The notes below the pieces were generated by a model that was not told the DNA's origin, made no database searches, and saw nothing but the letters and a program-made list of their open reading frames with translations. DNA of 64,000 nt from Candidatus Nanopelagicales bacterium (GTDB lineage: Bacteria; Actinomycetota; Actinomycetes; S36-B12; UBA5976): NCBI GenBank assembly GCA_036796575.1, contig DAIRCR010000002.1, forward strand, positions 21,020-85,019. The letters are read 5' to 3'. This document shows positions 48,671 through 58,243 of this stretch, in pieces; position 1 is the stretch's first letter; the number at the start of each line of letters is the position of its first letter. The translations under genes and the position numbers were made by a program.

Positions 48671-49849
48671 GTGACTATGTCAGCGGAGATTAATCACAAT
48701 GTGGAATGGGACTTAGCCGTAGCGCTGAGCTTCGAATCTGTTGTGCCAAAGTCCACTAGTCAACTTCCGATTGCTGATGCCATCAACCTGGTCTTGGCTC
48801 AAGACTTAACGGCAGACATTGACTTGCCTCCAGCTCACACCGCCATGATGGATGGCTATGCAGTATTTGGACAAGGTCCATGGAAGATTGTCGGCGAACT
48901 TCATGCGGGTAGTTTTCTGCCTTACCTAGAAACTGGCTGTGCCCTGAAAGTAAGTACCGGCGCTCACCTGCCCCCACACTGTTCCTTCGTTATCCCCCAA
49001 GAACTGGCAACCTTGTTTGAAGGTGATGTGGCCAGCAAAAACTCATTCACACCAGGCCAGCATATTCGTCAGCCTGGTGATGAAGCCTTGGCTGGCGAAA
49101 ATATCGCCGTTGCTGGCACCTTACTCACACCGGCAGTTGCTGGATTAGCAGCTAGCTCAGGTATCGATGAAGTTTCGGTTTATGAACGACCTAGCGTTTC
49201 GATTGTTGTTACTGGTAGTGAGTTGGCTACTTCAGGAAAGCCTGGACCTGGTCAGATTCGGGATTCACTTTCTGTGCAAGTTAGTCCGTGGTCGCAATAT
49301 CTCGGTGCAACAGTGAACTCAAGTGTTAACTGTGCCGATAACTTAACTGAGCTATGTGCAGCAATTACAAAAGCTGACGGTGACATAGTGGTTGTCACAG
49401 GTGGAAGTTCATTCGGTGAACATGATTACTTGCGACCTGCGCTCGAGCAACTTGGTGCCATTTATGTCGTCAGTGAAATTTGGATGCGCCCTGGTCATCC
49501 ATCTCTGCTAGCTAAACTTCCTGATGGCAAGTTAGTTGCAGGTCTACCTGGCAACCCACTTGCTGCCCTCGTAAGTTTTATGACAGTTGTTGCGCCGGCG
49601 CTGCGTGGTCTCTCTGGGCAAAGTGAATACCGAATAGGCAAAATTGCGCTGGCTAAGGATTTTGTGTGTGATCGCACTCGAGTAGTTCCAATTGTGATGT
49701 CTTCTGGAGCGGCCGAAATGACTGAGTTTCGTGGCTCCGCCATGCTGCGCGGACTTTCGCACGCGGATGCACTCGGAGTTATTTCACCTGGCAACAATCC
49801 AGCTGGAACTCTGATTAGAGTTCTTCCACTGCCTTGGCGAGTTAATTAA
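48671..49849 (+). CDS. moeA: molybdopterin molybdenumtransferase MoeA
   Basis: Motifs MMDGYAV, VVTGGSS.GE.D and PGNP.AA. Confidence 0.85.
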   Translation: MTMSAEINHNVEWDLAVALSFESVVPKSTSQLPIADAINLVLAQDLTADIDLPPAHTAMMDGYAVFGQGPWKIVGELHAGSFLPYLETGCALKVSTGAHLPPHCSFVIPQELATLFEGDVASKNSFTPGQHIRQPGDEALAGENIAVAGTLLTPAVAGLAASSGIDEVSVYERPSVSIVVTGSELATSGKPGPGQIRDSLSVQVSPWSQYLGATVNSSVNCADNLTELCAAITKADGDIVVVTGGSSFGEHDYLRPALEQLGAIYVVSEIWMRPGHPSLLAKLPDGKLVAGLPGNPLAALVSFMTVVAPALRGLSGQSEYRIGKIALAKDFVCDRTRVVPIVMSSGAAEMTEFRGSAMLRGLSHADALGVISPGNNPAGTLIRVLPLPWRVN

Positions 49850-50061
49850 GCATTCGCCTTAGCGCGAAGTTCATCAACGACCTTGTTTAGAGTCTCACTA
49901 AAGTCATTCCGATTACTCGTTACATGCTGGTAAAAGTCAGAGCGCATCTTTGGCGTCCAAAATTTCACAAGATGTTCAGAAATTCGCAAATAAGTCTCTT
50001 CGTGAACTGGGATATTTTTTTCAATGTCTCCAGCCATTCGAGTAAGAATTGAAATGTCCAA
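49846..50061 (-). CDS. fdsD: NAD-dependent formate dehydrogenase delta subunit (FdsD-like)
   Basis: 71 aa with a TTG start 3 nt after the fdsA stop. The L.RMA.DI...F....E......HL.KFW.P.MR pattern matches FdsD. Confidence 0.7.
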   Translation of the reverse strand: MDISILTRMAGDIEKNIPVHEETYLRISEHLVKFWTPKMRSDFYQHVTSNRNDFSETLNKVVDELRAKANA

Positions 50062-50063
50062 AA

Positions 50064-52913
50064 TTATGCCTTAGTCAAAACAGATTCAAGCGAATTCGTT
50101 GGTGCTTCACTCGAATCAGCTGGGCGAATTTCAACGGCTGTTACTTTGAATTCTGGACAGTTTGTCGCCCAGTCTGAAAACTCAGTTGTAATGACATTTG
50201 CCCCACTGGTTGGGTGGTGGAATGTTGTGTGAACTACACCAGCCGGGACACGATCGCTCACAAGTGCAGTCAGAATAGTTTCGCCAATTCGACTCGACAC
50301 TGCAATCTTTTGACCATCAGCAATTCCGCGCATTGCAGCATCTGCCTCATGAATTTCTAGAACATCTTCTGGATGCCAAGTAACGTTTGCGGTTCGACGG
50401 GTTTGAGCGCCAACGTTGTACTGGCTCAAGATACGACCTGTTGTTAGCAGGAGTGGGAACTTACGATTTGAACGCTCTTCAGTTGGCACAAATGGGGTTT
50501 CCATAAATTGACCCTGTCCACGTACGAAACCTTCAACGTGCATGATTGGTGTTCCGGTTGGAGCCGCATCATTACATGGCCATTGCACGCTGCCAACTTC
50601 ATCAAGCATTGCAAAGCTAACGCCTTTGAAAGTTGGTGTGATTTCTGCAATCTCGTCCATGATCTGAGCGGCATTGTCATAGTGCATTTCATAACCCATG
50701 GCCTGCGATAGTTCACAAATGATTTGCCATTCCTGCTTGCCATTCTTAGCGGCCATTACCGGACGCACGCGGTTGATGCGTCGCTCGGCATTGGTGAAGG
50801 TTCCATCCTTTTCCAGGAATGAAGTTCCTGGCAGAAATACATGCGCAAACTTTGAAGTTTCATTCAAGAACAAGTCCTGTACTACAACCAGATCCATCGC
50901 CTTAAGCGACTTTTCCACGTGCATAGTGTTTGGGTCAGATTGTGCGATGTCTTCACCATGTACAAACAGCCCACGGAATTCGCCAGAGATCGCATTGTCG
51001 AACATGTTTGGAATTCGCATGCCTGGATCAGACATGAGTTTTACGTCCCAAAGCATTTCAAACTGTTCGCGAACCGCATTGTCAGAAACATGTCGATAGC
51101 CCGAAAGCTCGTGTGGGAAGGATCCCATGTCGCATGCGCCTTGCACATTGTTCTGGCCGCGGAGTGGGTTAACTCCAACGCCATCGCGGCCGATGTTTCC
51201 GGTAGCCATCGCTAGGTTTGCCATACCCATAACCATGGTTGAACCCTGGGAATGTTCGGTAACTCCTAAACCGTAGTAAATCGCAGCATTCTTGCCAGTG
51301 GCATACATGCGCGCGGCCTGACGAATGGTTTCGGCTGGAACTCCAGATTGTGCTTCTACTACTTCTGGGCTGTTCTCCGGAAGTTCGATGAATTTGCGCC
51401 AGCGATTAAACGGTCCTGGATCGCAACGTTCGGCCACAAACTCTTCATCAATCAAGCCTTCAGTTGCGATGACATGTGCAATTGCATTAACCACTGCCAC
51501 GTTGGTTCCTGGCTGTAGTTGTAAGTGATGATCAGCCTTAATGTGTGCTGATTCAACAAGATCAATCTTGCGCGGATCAATAACAATTAAGTTTGCGCCT
51601 TCGCGGATGCGGCGCTTCATGCGAGAGGCAAATACTGGATGAGCGTCAGTTGGATTCGCGCCAATAACCACGATTACATCAGTCTTTGCTACTGACTTAA
51701 AGTCCTGAGTTCCAGCGGAAGTTCCAAACGTAGTGCTTAAGCCATATCCAGTTGGTGAGTGGCAAACGCGAGCGCAGGTATCAATATTGTTATTTCCAAA
51801 AGCAGCGCGAACCATTTTTTGTACGACAAAGATTTCTTCATTGGTACATCTTGACGAGGAGATTCCACCAATGCTGTTATCGCCATACTTTTCTTGAATC
51901 GCCTTTAGCTTGGTCGCGGTGTATTGAATTGCTTCATCCCACGAAACTTCACGCCATTCATCGGTAATCTTCTCGCGAAGCATTGGCTTCGTGATGCGAT
52001 CTGAATGCGATGCGTAACCCCAAGCAAAGCGGCCCTTAACACAACTGTGACCTTCATTGGCTCCACCAGTTTTTGTAGGGACCATTCGAACTAATTCGTC
52101 GCCACGTAATTCAGCATTAAACGAGCAACCAACACCGCAGTAAGCACAAGTGGTTTGAACGGTGCGAGTTGGCATTCCAAGATCAATTACTGACTTTTCT
52201 TGCAAAGTTGCAGTTGGGCAAGCCTGAACGCAAGCTCCACAGGAAACACATTCACTAGAAAGGAAGTTCAAGCCACCAGGACTTACCTTCGAGTTAAAGC
52301 CACGGCCTTCGATGGTTAGTGCGAGAGTTCCTTGAACTTCATCACAAGCGCGAACGCATCGATTACAAACAATGCATTTGCTTTCATCGAATGAGAAGTA
52401 AGGATTTGAAGCATCAGTTGGAGCATCTAGGTGATTCTTGCCATCCATGCCGTAGCGAACTTCGCGAAGTCCAGCTACTCCAGCCATGTCTTGTAGTTCG
52501 CAATCGCCATTAGCGGAGCAAGTCAAGCAATCAAGTGGATGGTCGGAAATGTAAAGTTCCATGACATTCTTACGAAGTCTGGCTACCTTGGTGGTTTGGG
52601 TGCGCACAACCATGCCGTCTTCTACTGGAGTTGTGCATGATGCTGGGGTACCACGACGACCATCGATTTCAACGATGCACATACGGCAAGAACCAAATGG
52701 CTGAAGTGAATCTGTGGCACAAAGTTTTGGAATATCACAGCCAGATTCTCCGGCAGCACGCATTACCGAAGTACCTTCAGGAACTAAGTGAGTTTCACCA
52801 TCAATCGTGACGCTAACCATGACATCAGAGTTTGATTTTGGGGTGCCGTAATCTGCTTCACCGATACCAGAGCGCATCGGCATAGTTCCGCGTGGATCTG
52901 AAAGTAATGTCAT
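50064..52913 (-). CDS. fdsA: NAD-dependent formate dehydrogenase alpha subunit (Mo-bisPGD, NuoG-like N-terminus)
   Basis: It has N-terminal 2Fe-2S and 4Fe-4S Cys clusters (CATD..C..C, CIVCNRCVRAC, CVSCGACVQAC, CAYCGVGC). The Mo-ligand Cys context is SSSRCTNEE, so it is not Sec. ATG 52913 shares 1 nt with the fdsB TGA. Confidence 0.92.
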   Translation of the reverse strand: MTLLSDPRGTMPMRSGIGEADYGTPKSNSDVMVSVTIDGETHLVPEGTSVMRAAGESGCDIPKLCATDSLQPFGSCRMCIVEIDGRRGTPASCTTPVEDGMVVRTQTTKVARLRKNVMELYISDHPLDCLTCSANGDCELQDMAGVAGLREVRYGMDGKNHLDAPTDASNPYFSFDESKCIVCNRCVRACDEVQGTLALTIEGRGFNSKVSPGGLNFLSSECVSCGACVQACPTATLQEKSVIDLGMPTRTVQTTCAYCGVGCSFNAELRGDELVRMVPTKTGGANEGHSCVKGRFAWGYASHSDRITKPMLREKITDEWREVSWDEAIQYTATKLKAIQEKYGDNSIGGISSSRCTNEEIFVVQKMVRAAFGNNNIDTCARVCHSPTGYGLSTTFGTSAGTQDFKSVAKTDVIVVIGANPTDAHPVFASRMKRRIREGANLIVIDPRKIDLVESAHIKADHHLQLQPGTNVAVVNAIAHVIATEGLIDEEFVAERCDPGPFNRWRKFIELPENSPEVVEAQSGVPAETIRQAARMYATGKNAAIYYGLGVTEHSQGSTMVMGMANLAMATGNIGRDGVGVNPLRGQNNVQGACDMGSFPHELSGYRHVSDNAVREQFEMLWDVKLMSDPGMRIPNMFDNAISGEFRGLFVHGEDIAQSDPNTMHVEKSLKAMDLVVVQDLFLNETSKFAHVFLPGTSFLEKDGTFTNAERRINRVRPVMAAKNGKQEWQIICELSQAMGYEMHYDNAAQIMDEIAEITPTFKGVSFAMLDEVGSVQWPCNDAAPTGTPIMHVEGFVRGQGQFMETPFVPTEERSNRKFPLLLTTGRILSQYNVGAQTRRTANVTWHPEDVLEIHEADAAMRGIADGQKIAVSSRIGETILTALVSDRVPAGVVHTTFHHPTSGANVITTEFSDWATNCPEFKVTAVEIRPADSSEAPTNSLESVLTKA

Positions 52914-54457
52914 CACTTCACCTCTACCTTTATACCAAAATCTGCAGGGAATAACTTGAGTGCGCTTCGAACTGGCAGTGGCGTTAAGCCACCCATTGCA
53001 CATAGTGAGCCATCAGTCATGACTTCGCATAAATCTTCAAGAAGTTCAAGGTTTTTGGCTTGCTCTTCACCGGCAACAATGCGATCAATAACTTCAACGC
53101 CTCGGGTTGAACCAATTCGACAAGGTGTGCACTTGCCGCAAGATTCTTCGGCACAAAATTCCATTGCAAAGCGAGCTTGCTTTGCCATGTTCACAGTGTC
53201 ATCAAAAACCACGATGCCGCCGTGGCCCAGCATGCCGCCAACTTCAGCTAAGGATTCATAACCCATTGGAACGTCCCATGATTCGACACCAAGGTAAGCG
53301 CCAAGTGGCCCCCCAATTTGAACCGTCTTAATTGGTCGTCCACTATGAGTGCCGCCGCCAACTTTGTTCACCAGATCGCCAAGTGTGATTCCAAATGGAA
53401 GTTCAACTATGCCACCACGCAAAATGTTTCCAGCCAGTTGGAAAACTTGAGTTCCGCGCGAACGATCCACTCCAAATGATTGATACGAAGCTGCGCCATC
53501 AGCCAGAATCATTGGCACAGCTGCCAAAGTCATTACGTTATTGATAACAGTTGGCTTGCCAAACAATCCAACTAGAGCTGGGATCGGTGGCTTGGCACGA
53601 ACCATGCCACGCTTTCCTTCCAAGCTCTCCAACATTGCGGTTTCTTCACCGCAAACATAACTGCCGGCGCCAACACGAACTTCTAAATTGAATTTGAATC
53701 CAGAACCAAGAACTGAATCTCCAAGTATTTTGCTTTCATTTGCAATCTCAATTGCTTGATTCAAAACATCAATTGCATGTGGGTATTCAGATCTGACATA
53801 GATCAAGCCTTGAGTCGCACCTACTGCGATTCCAGCAATGATCATGCCTTCGATCAAGGTGAAAGGGTCGCCTTCCATCAGCATTCGATCGGCAAAAGTT
53901 CCACTGTCACCTTCATCGGCGTTACAGCAAATGTATTTTTGATCAGACTCTGTGTTTAGAACCGTTTTCCATTTGATGCCTGCCGGAAAACCTGCTCCAC
54001 CACGTCCGCGAAGTCCAGATTCAGTAACTTCATCAACAATTTTTGCTGGGCTCATCGCAATTGCATTACGCAAACCTTTAAGTCCACCGTTGACTTCGTA
54101 ATCCACCAAGGAAAGCGGATCGGTAACGCCAACCCTGGCAAAAGTTATTCGAGTTTGATTCTTAAGGAAATCCAATTCTTCGACAAGTCCTATGCAAGAG
54201 TCATGTGCACTTCCAGACAGTAGTCCAGCAGCAATCAGCTCAGGTACCTGATCAGCCGAAACATTTGCGTAGCCAACTCTTCCAGTCTCAGTTTCAACTT
54301 CGACTAGTGGCTCAAGCCAAAGCATGCCGCGGGAACCATTTCGTACAACTGTGACATCAAGTCCACTTTTGGTTGCCTGATCGGAAATTGCCTGAGCGAC
54401 TTCATTTGCTCCCATTGATAGTGCTGCCGAGTCCATAGGGACGAAAACTTTTGTCAT
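52913..54457 (-). CDS. fdsB: NAD-dependent formate dehydrogenase beta subunit (NuoF-like, FMN/NAD/4Fe-4S)
   Basis: Motifs GLRGRGGAGFP.G.KW, ADEGDSGTF and ESCGKCTPCR. Confidence 0.92.
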   Translation of the reverse strand: MTKVFVPMDSAALSMGANEVAQAISDQATKSGLDVTVVRNGSRGMLWLEPLVEVETETGRVGYANVSADQVPELIAAGLLSGSAHDSCIGLVEELDFLKNQTRITFARVGVTDPLSLVDYEVNGGLKGLRNAIAMSPAKIVDEVTESGLRGRGGAGFPAGIKWKTVLNTESDQKYICCNADEGDSGTFADRMLMEGDPFTLIEGMIIAGIAVGATQGLIYVRSEYPHAIDVLNQAIEIANESKILGDSVLGSGFKFNLEVRVGAGSYVCGEETAMLESLEGKRGMVRAKPPIPALVGLFGKPTVINNVMTLAAVPMILADGAASYQSFGVDRSRGTQVFQLAGNILRGGIVELPFGITLGDLVNKVGGGTHSGRPIKTVQIGGPLGAYLGVESWDVPMGYESLAEVGGMLGHGGIVVFDDTVNMAKQARFAMEFCAEESCGKCTPCRIGSTRGVEVIDRIVAGEEQAKNLELLEDLCEVMTDGSLCAMGGLTPLPVRSALKLFPADFGIKVEVK

Positions 54458-54927
54458 GCGGTCACCGCCGAGGTTGCGGCAAAGATTTTTTCACAAGTTG
54501 CTCTGCCAATTGGTGCGCCATTGACCATAGCTGCAGGGCCTAGAGCGCAATTACCTAAGCAAAATGTCTGTTCCATTTGGATGTCATCCTTGATGTTTCC
54601 CTTATGGATGTCATAGCCCTTGTCATGTAGTTCGCTTATAAGGCTTGCACTGCCTGATGCTTGGCAGGCTTCCGCAACGCAAACCTTGACTACTGCCTTT
54701 GCAGGTGGTGTTGATCGGAAGTCACTATAGAAAGTGAAGACGCCATAAACCTCAGCGCGCGAAACATTGGAATTCTTCGCAATTATGTCCAAAGCGCTAT
54801 CGGGTACGTAGCCAAGGAGTTCCTGCACAAGTTGCAATGAGCGCAGAACTGCAGATCCATCCCCTTTGTAAGGTCCTAAGTAATTAAGGATGCTTTCTTC
54901 CGAGAAGTTACTCACTTGGCACTCCAA
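54454..54927 (-). CDS. fdsG: NAD-dependent formate dehydrogenase gamma subunit (NuoE-like 2Fe-2S)
   Basis: It has the Cys pattern C..AC...(G)...CLGNCALGP. There is a 4-nt overlap with fdsB. The start is TTG 54927 or GTG 54915, and both overlap the DUF1638 gene. Confidence 0.85.
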   Translation of the reverse strand: MECQVSNFSEESILNYLGPYKGDGSAVLRSLQLVQELLGYVPDSALDIIAKNSNVSRAEVYGVFTFYSDFRSTPPAKAVVKVCVAEACQASGSASLISELHDKGYDIHKGNIKDDIQMEQTFCLGNCALGPAAMVNGAPIGRATCEKIFAATSAVTA

Positions 54928-55501
54928 TTAGTTTTAACAGTTGTTCTTCAAGGTGCTTGTCGCCCACTTGGATGATTTCAAGTGGTAATCCGATTAATTC
55001 AGCAGCGTCTTTTGCGGCAGCTTCTAGTTCAGGAGTTTGATGTTGAGCTAGCCATAAAACTCTTTTGTAGGAATGAAAGTAGTCATCGCGCAATTCTGGG
55101 TAACGGTCTAAGCCCATTTCTGTCATGACGCTTCGGCGAAAAGTCTTAACCAAGTAATCAGTGAATACATACGTCCCCGGAACGGCCTCAAACTCAGCTT
55201 TCATTCTTTCAGCAGTTGCAAATACGTCATAGCAATGGTCACCTGATAAGCGCGAGACTTGATACTTATCGCAAAGTGCATCTATCGCCCCATAAGTTCC
55301 ACAATCTGCGTATGCAATCGCTACTTGATCATGAGTTGGTTGTAATTCCAGAATCATTTTTTCAACTTCAGGTGCAATTCCCTCAGGGCGATTGTGCAGT
55401 AATGGGTTTATTGGCTCGATGCGTAATGTCAGATTTCGACGATCGGCAATTTCGTGCACGTGGGCTGCCAGTGCACCGCAAGCTATAACTGCAACGCTCA
55501 T
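54908..55501 (-). CDS. DUF1638-like protein of unknown function
   Basis: 197 aa. The N-terminus VIACGALAAHV, the motif YADCGTYGAIDA and GDHCYD match my recollection of DUF1638. It overlaps both neighbouring genes. Confidence 0.55.
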   Translation of the reverse strand: MSVAVIACGALAAHVHEIADRRNLTLRIEPINPLLHNRPEGIAPEVEKMILELQPTHDQVAIAYADCGTYGAIDALCDKYQVSRLSGDHCYDVFATAERMKAEFEAVPGTYVFTDYLVKTFRRSVMTEMGLDRYPELRDDYFHSYKRVLWLAQHQTPELEAAAKDAAELIGLPLEIIQVGDKHLEEQLLKLIGVPSE

Positions 55502-57366
55502 GACGGCAGCGCCAGCTCCAAGAAGAACTTGTCATTGAAATCTGGGCGATCGGAAAGCTCCACATAATCAACTTCATCCAGCAAAGTTGTTGCGCCACTT
55601 CGCTCTGTGCTGGAAAGCAGAACCATCTTTGCGCCTTCGCCTGCAACGTTTCCAGCACTAACGATGCGCATCACTGGAAGTTTTGGAACAAGCCCAATGC
55701 CAATTGCCGAAGCAGGTGACAAGTAAGAACCAAATGAGCCAGCTAACAAAACCTGCTGAACATCGTCATCCACAAGGCCTACTTCTTCAAGCAGTAAGCG
55801 CCATCCGGTAGCAATCGAAGCTTTTGCGAATTGAAGTTCGCGAACATCGCGCTGCGACAAGTAAACCGTTGGCTCTTCGCCATCCCAATGTAGGACGAAG
55901 ATTCGATCTCCAGCTTCCCGAGTCAACAAGCGTGACGCTAAATGTGGAGCAATCTTCATGGCGTCTTCATCTGTGACAAATCTGCCTGAGTCATCAATCA
56001 GTTTTGCTTTGTGCAATACATAAACGGCATCAACCAGGCCAGAGCCACAAATGCCTACTGGAGTTGTATCTCCGATGACTCCAAGTTTGATTCCTTCGTC
56101 AGTAACTTGAACAACTTCAATAGCGCCATCAGCTGCGCGCATACCGCAAGCAATCGAGGCAGCTTCAAATGCTGGGCCAGCTGGCGCAGCAGTTGTAAGG
56201 ATTTGATCGCCATTGGAAAGTACGATTTCGCAGTTAGTGCCAACATCAATCAACAGGCGAACTCGCTTATCGCGATCCATGCCAGTTGCTAGGACACCAG
56301 CAACGATGTCGCCACCAACGTATGCGCCAAAGGCTGGGAATAAGAAGACTCGTGCTGATGGCAATAGTTCAATGCCGATTTCAGCCGCTGTAAAGATCGG
56401 CCATTTCTGAGCAGCAGTAATGAACGGTGCAACACCAACTGGCTCTGGATCTACGCCAAGCAAAATCTCAACCATTGTGGCGTTACCAGCGATCGCAATT
56501 TCATAAACCTGGTCTGCTGAGACTTCAGCCTCAGTACAAACCTCTGCAATCAGTTCATTCAATGTGGCAAGGCCAGCAGTTTGCATCAAACCAGCTGCTA
56601 ACGGATCCATCATGGTTGCTGAAATTCGTGAGATTACGTCGGCGCCAAATGGCTGCTGCTTATTCAGCATTGACTTAACTGCCATAGGAGTTCCGGTAAC
56701 TAGGTCTAGCAGGGTTGCTACAACAGTCGTAGTTCCAAGGTCGATGCCAATTGCATAGTTTTGCGCCGAGGTATCCCCTGGCTCGACAGCAATCAAAGCT
56801 TCATTCACAACAACTGCAGTGACTTTGAAATCGTTCTTGCGAAGAACAGTTGGAAGTGTCTTTAGAACTGAGAGATCGGCCTCAAATTCCAAGTCATCCA
56901 TAGCATCGCGTAACCGATCAATGTCCGGGCGCTGATCGTGAAGGGTTGGTTCAATAAGTTCTACATAACGCTTTTGAACTGCCGGTCGCAGAATTACTTG
57001 GCGTCCAACACCAACGGTTGCTGCTTTTGGACGAGTTGAAAGTGGCGGAACATCAACCTTTAGATTTCCATTTGCGCGAGCCACACATGCCAAACGCCAG
57101 CCATCGGCTAGTTGTTCTGGGCTGAAAGCTCGAATATCCAAGCGTGAAACCGGAACTTCACCCTCGATAACTTGGATCTTGCACTTCTTACAAGTTCCAT
57201 GGCCACCACAGGTTGAGTCAATCGCTAAACCGTTCCAGGAAGCAGCATCAAAAACAGTGACACCAGGTGGCACTCGAACATCAGTTCCACTTGGTGTGAA
57301 CTGTAATTGAACGCGACCAAGCCCACTGACAGTTGTGTCAGCCTTTGTGCTTTCTTCGTTTGGCAC
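55498..57366 (-). CDS. RACo-type ATP-dependent corrinoid reductive activase (N-terminal plant-type 2Fe-2S ferredoxin + ASKHA ATPase, DUF4445)
   Basis: GTG start. The ferredoxin Cys motif is STCGGHGTCKKCKIQV...LAC. ASKHA phosphate motifs are GIDLGTTT and DVGTN.E. 622 aa. Confidence 0.8.
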   Translation of the reverse strand: MPNEESTKADTTVSGLGRVQLQFTPSGTDVRVPPGVTVFDAASWNGLAIDSTCGGHGTCKKCKIQVIEGEVPVSRLDIRAFSPEQLADGWRLACVARANGNLKVDVPPLSTRPKAATVGVGRQVILRPAVQKRYVELIEPTLHDQRPDIDRLRDAMDDLEFEADLSVLKTLPTVLRKNDFKVTAVVVNEALIAVEPGDTSAQNYAIGIDLGTTTVVATLLDLVTGTPMAVKSMLNKQQPFGADVISRISATMMDPLAAGLMQTAGLATLNELIAEVCTEAEVSADQVYEIAIAGNATMVEILLGVDPEPVGVAPFITAAQKWPIFTAAEIGIELLPSARVFLFPAFGAYVGGDIVAGVLATGMDRDKRVRLLIDVGTNCEIVLSNGDQILTTAAPAGPAFEAASIACGMRAADGAIEVVQVTDEGIKLGVIGDTTPVGICGSGLVDAVYVLHKAKLIDDSGRFVTDEDAMKIAPHLASRLLTREAGDRIFVLHWDGEEPTVYLSQRDVRELQFAKASIATGWRLLLEEVGLVDDDVQQVLLAGSFGSYLSPASAIGIGLVPKLPVMRIVSAGNVAGEGAKMVLLSSTERSGATTLLDEVDYVELSDRPDFNDKFFLELALPS

Positions 57367-57391
57367 GTTTTATCTCTCGCTTAGTTTGAAA

Positions 57392-58243
57392 TTACGCTTC
57401 TTTATTTGCGCGGAAACTGGTGATCCAATTTGCGCCCCACTGGTCTAATCCAAGAAGTAGGTCGGCTGCGCGAACTGCCTGGACAACTTCTGGAGTACGG
57501 CCATCCATGATTGCTGAGGTCAGACCCATTGACATTGCCATCGGCATGAAAGCTGCATTTAACGCGTGACGATTTGGCAGACCGAATGAAACATTGGATG
57601 CACCGATCGACATGTTTAAGCCGTACTTTTCTTTAATCAAGTAGATCGTTTCAAGGGTGTTCTTGGCATTTTCTGGATCAGCACCAACTGGCATGGCAAG
57701 TGGATCAATCAGAAGGTTATCTAGTGAGATGCCTTCTTTTTCAACGCGTCGCACAATCTTTTCCACAATTACCATGCGGTCTTTGGCAAGCATTGGGATT
57801 TCAATTTCATCATTTGGCAGTGCCAAGATGGCAGCGTCATATTTCTTAACCAAAGGAAGGATGATGTCCATGCGCTCGTCTTCACCAGTCATTGAGTTAA
57901 CCAGTGCTTTTCCTTCATATACGGCCAGACCAGCATCAAGTGCTTCAATTACAGATGAGTCAATGCAGATTGGCAGGTCAGTCAGTGACTGAACTAGCTT
58001 GATGGCCCGGGCTAAAAGTGCTGGTTCGTCAGTAAGTGGCACACCCATGTTCACGTCAAGCATGTCGCAGCCACCAGCAACCTGGTCAGCAACGTCAATG
58101 TTGATAGTTGAAAGATCATCAGCACGAAGCTTTTCCTGGAACAATTTGCGGCCAGTCGGATTCAGGCGTTCGCCAATGATTACGAATGGTAAGTCGTGAC
58201 CCATCGTTACTGTTTTTGTGGCGGAACTAAGCACTGTATGCAT
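57392..58243 (-). CDS. methyltetrahydrofolate:corrinoid methyltransferase (pterin-binding TIM barrel, MtgA/AcsE/MetH-domain-like)
   Basis: The segment FVIIGERLNPTGRK...GCDMLDVNMG is a pterin-binding signature. ATG 58243 has AAGGA upstream and gives a 17-nt overlap with metF. Confidence 0.8.
   Translation of the reverse strand: MHTVLSSATKTVTMGHDLPFVIIGERLNPTGRKLFQEKLRADDLSTINIDVADQVAGGCDMLDVNMGVPLTDEPALLARAIKLVQSLTDLPICIDSSVIEALDAGLAVYEGKALVNSMTGEDERMDIILPLVKKYDAAILALPNDEIEIPMLAKDRMVIVEKIVRRVEKEGISLDNLLIDPLAMPVGADPENAKNTLETIYLIKEKYGLNMSIGASNVSFGLPNRHALNAAFMPMAMSMGLTSAIMDGRTPEVVQAVRAADLLLGLDQWGANWITSFRANKEA

Noticed and set aside
50064-52913. Selenocysteine-containing formate dehydrogenase
   Set aside because: There is no in-frame TGA. 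The Mo-ligand position is Cys (SSSRCTNEE), and no SECIS-like hairpin or sel genes were noticed.
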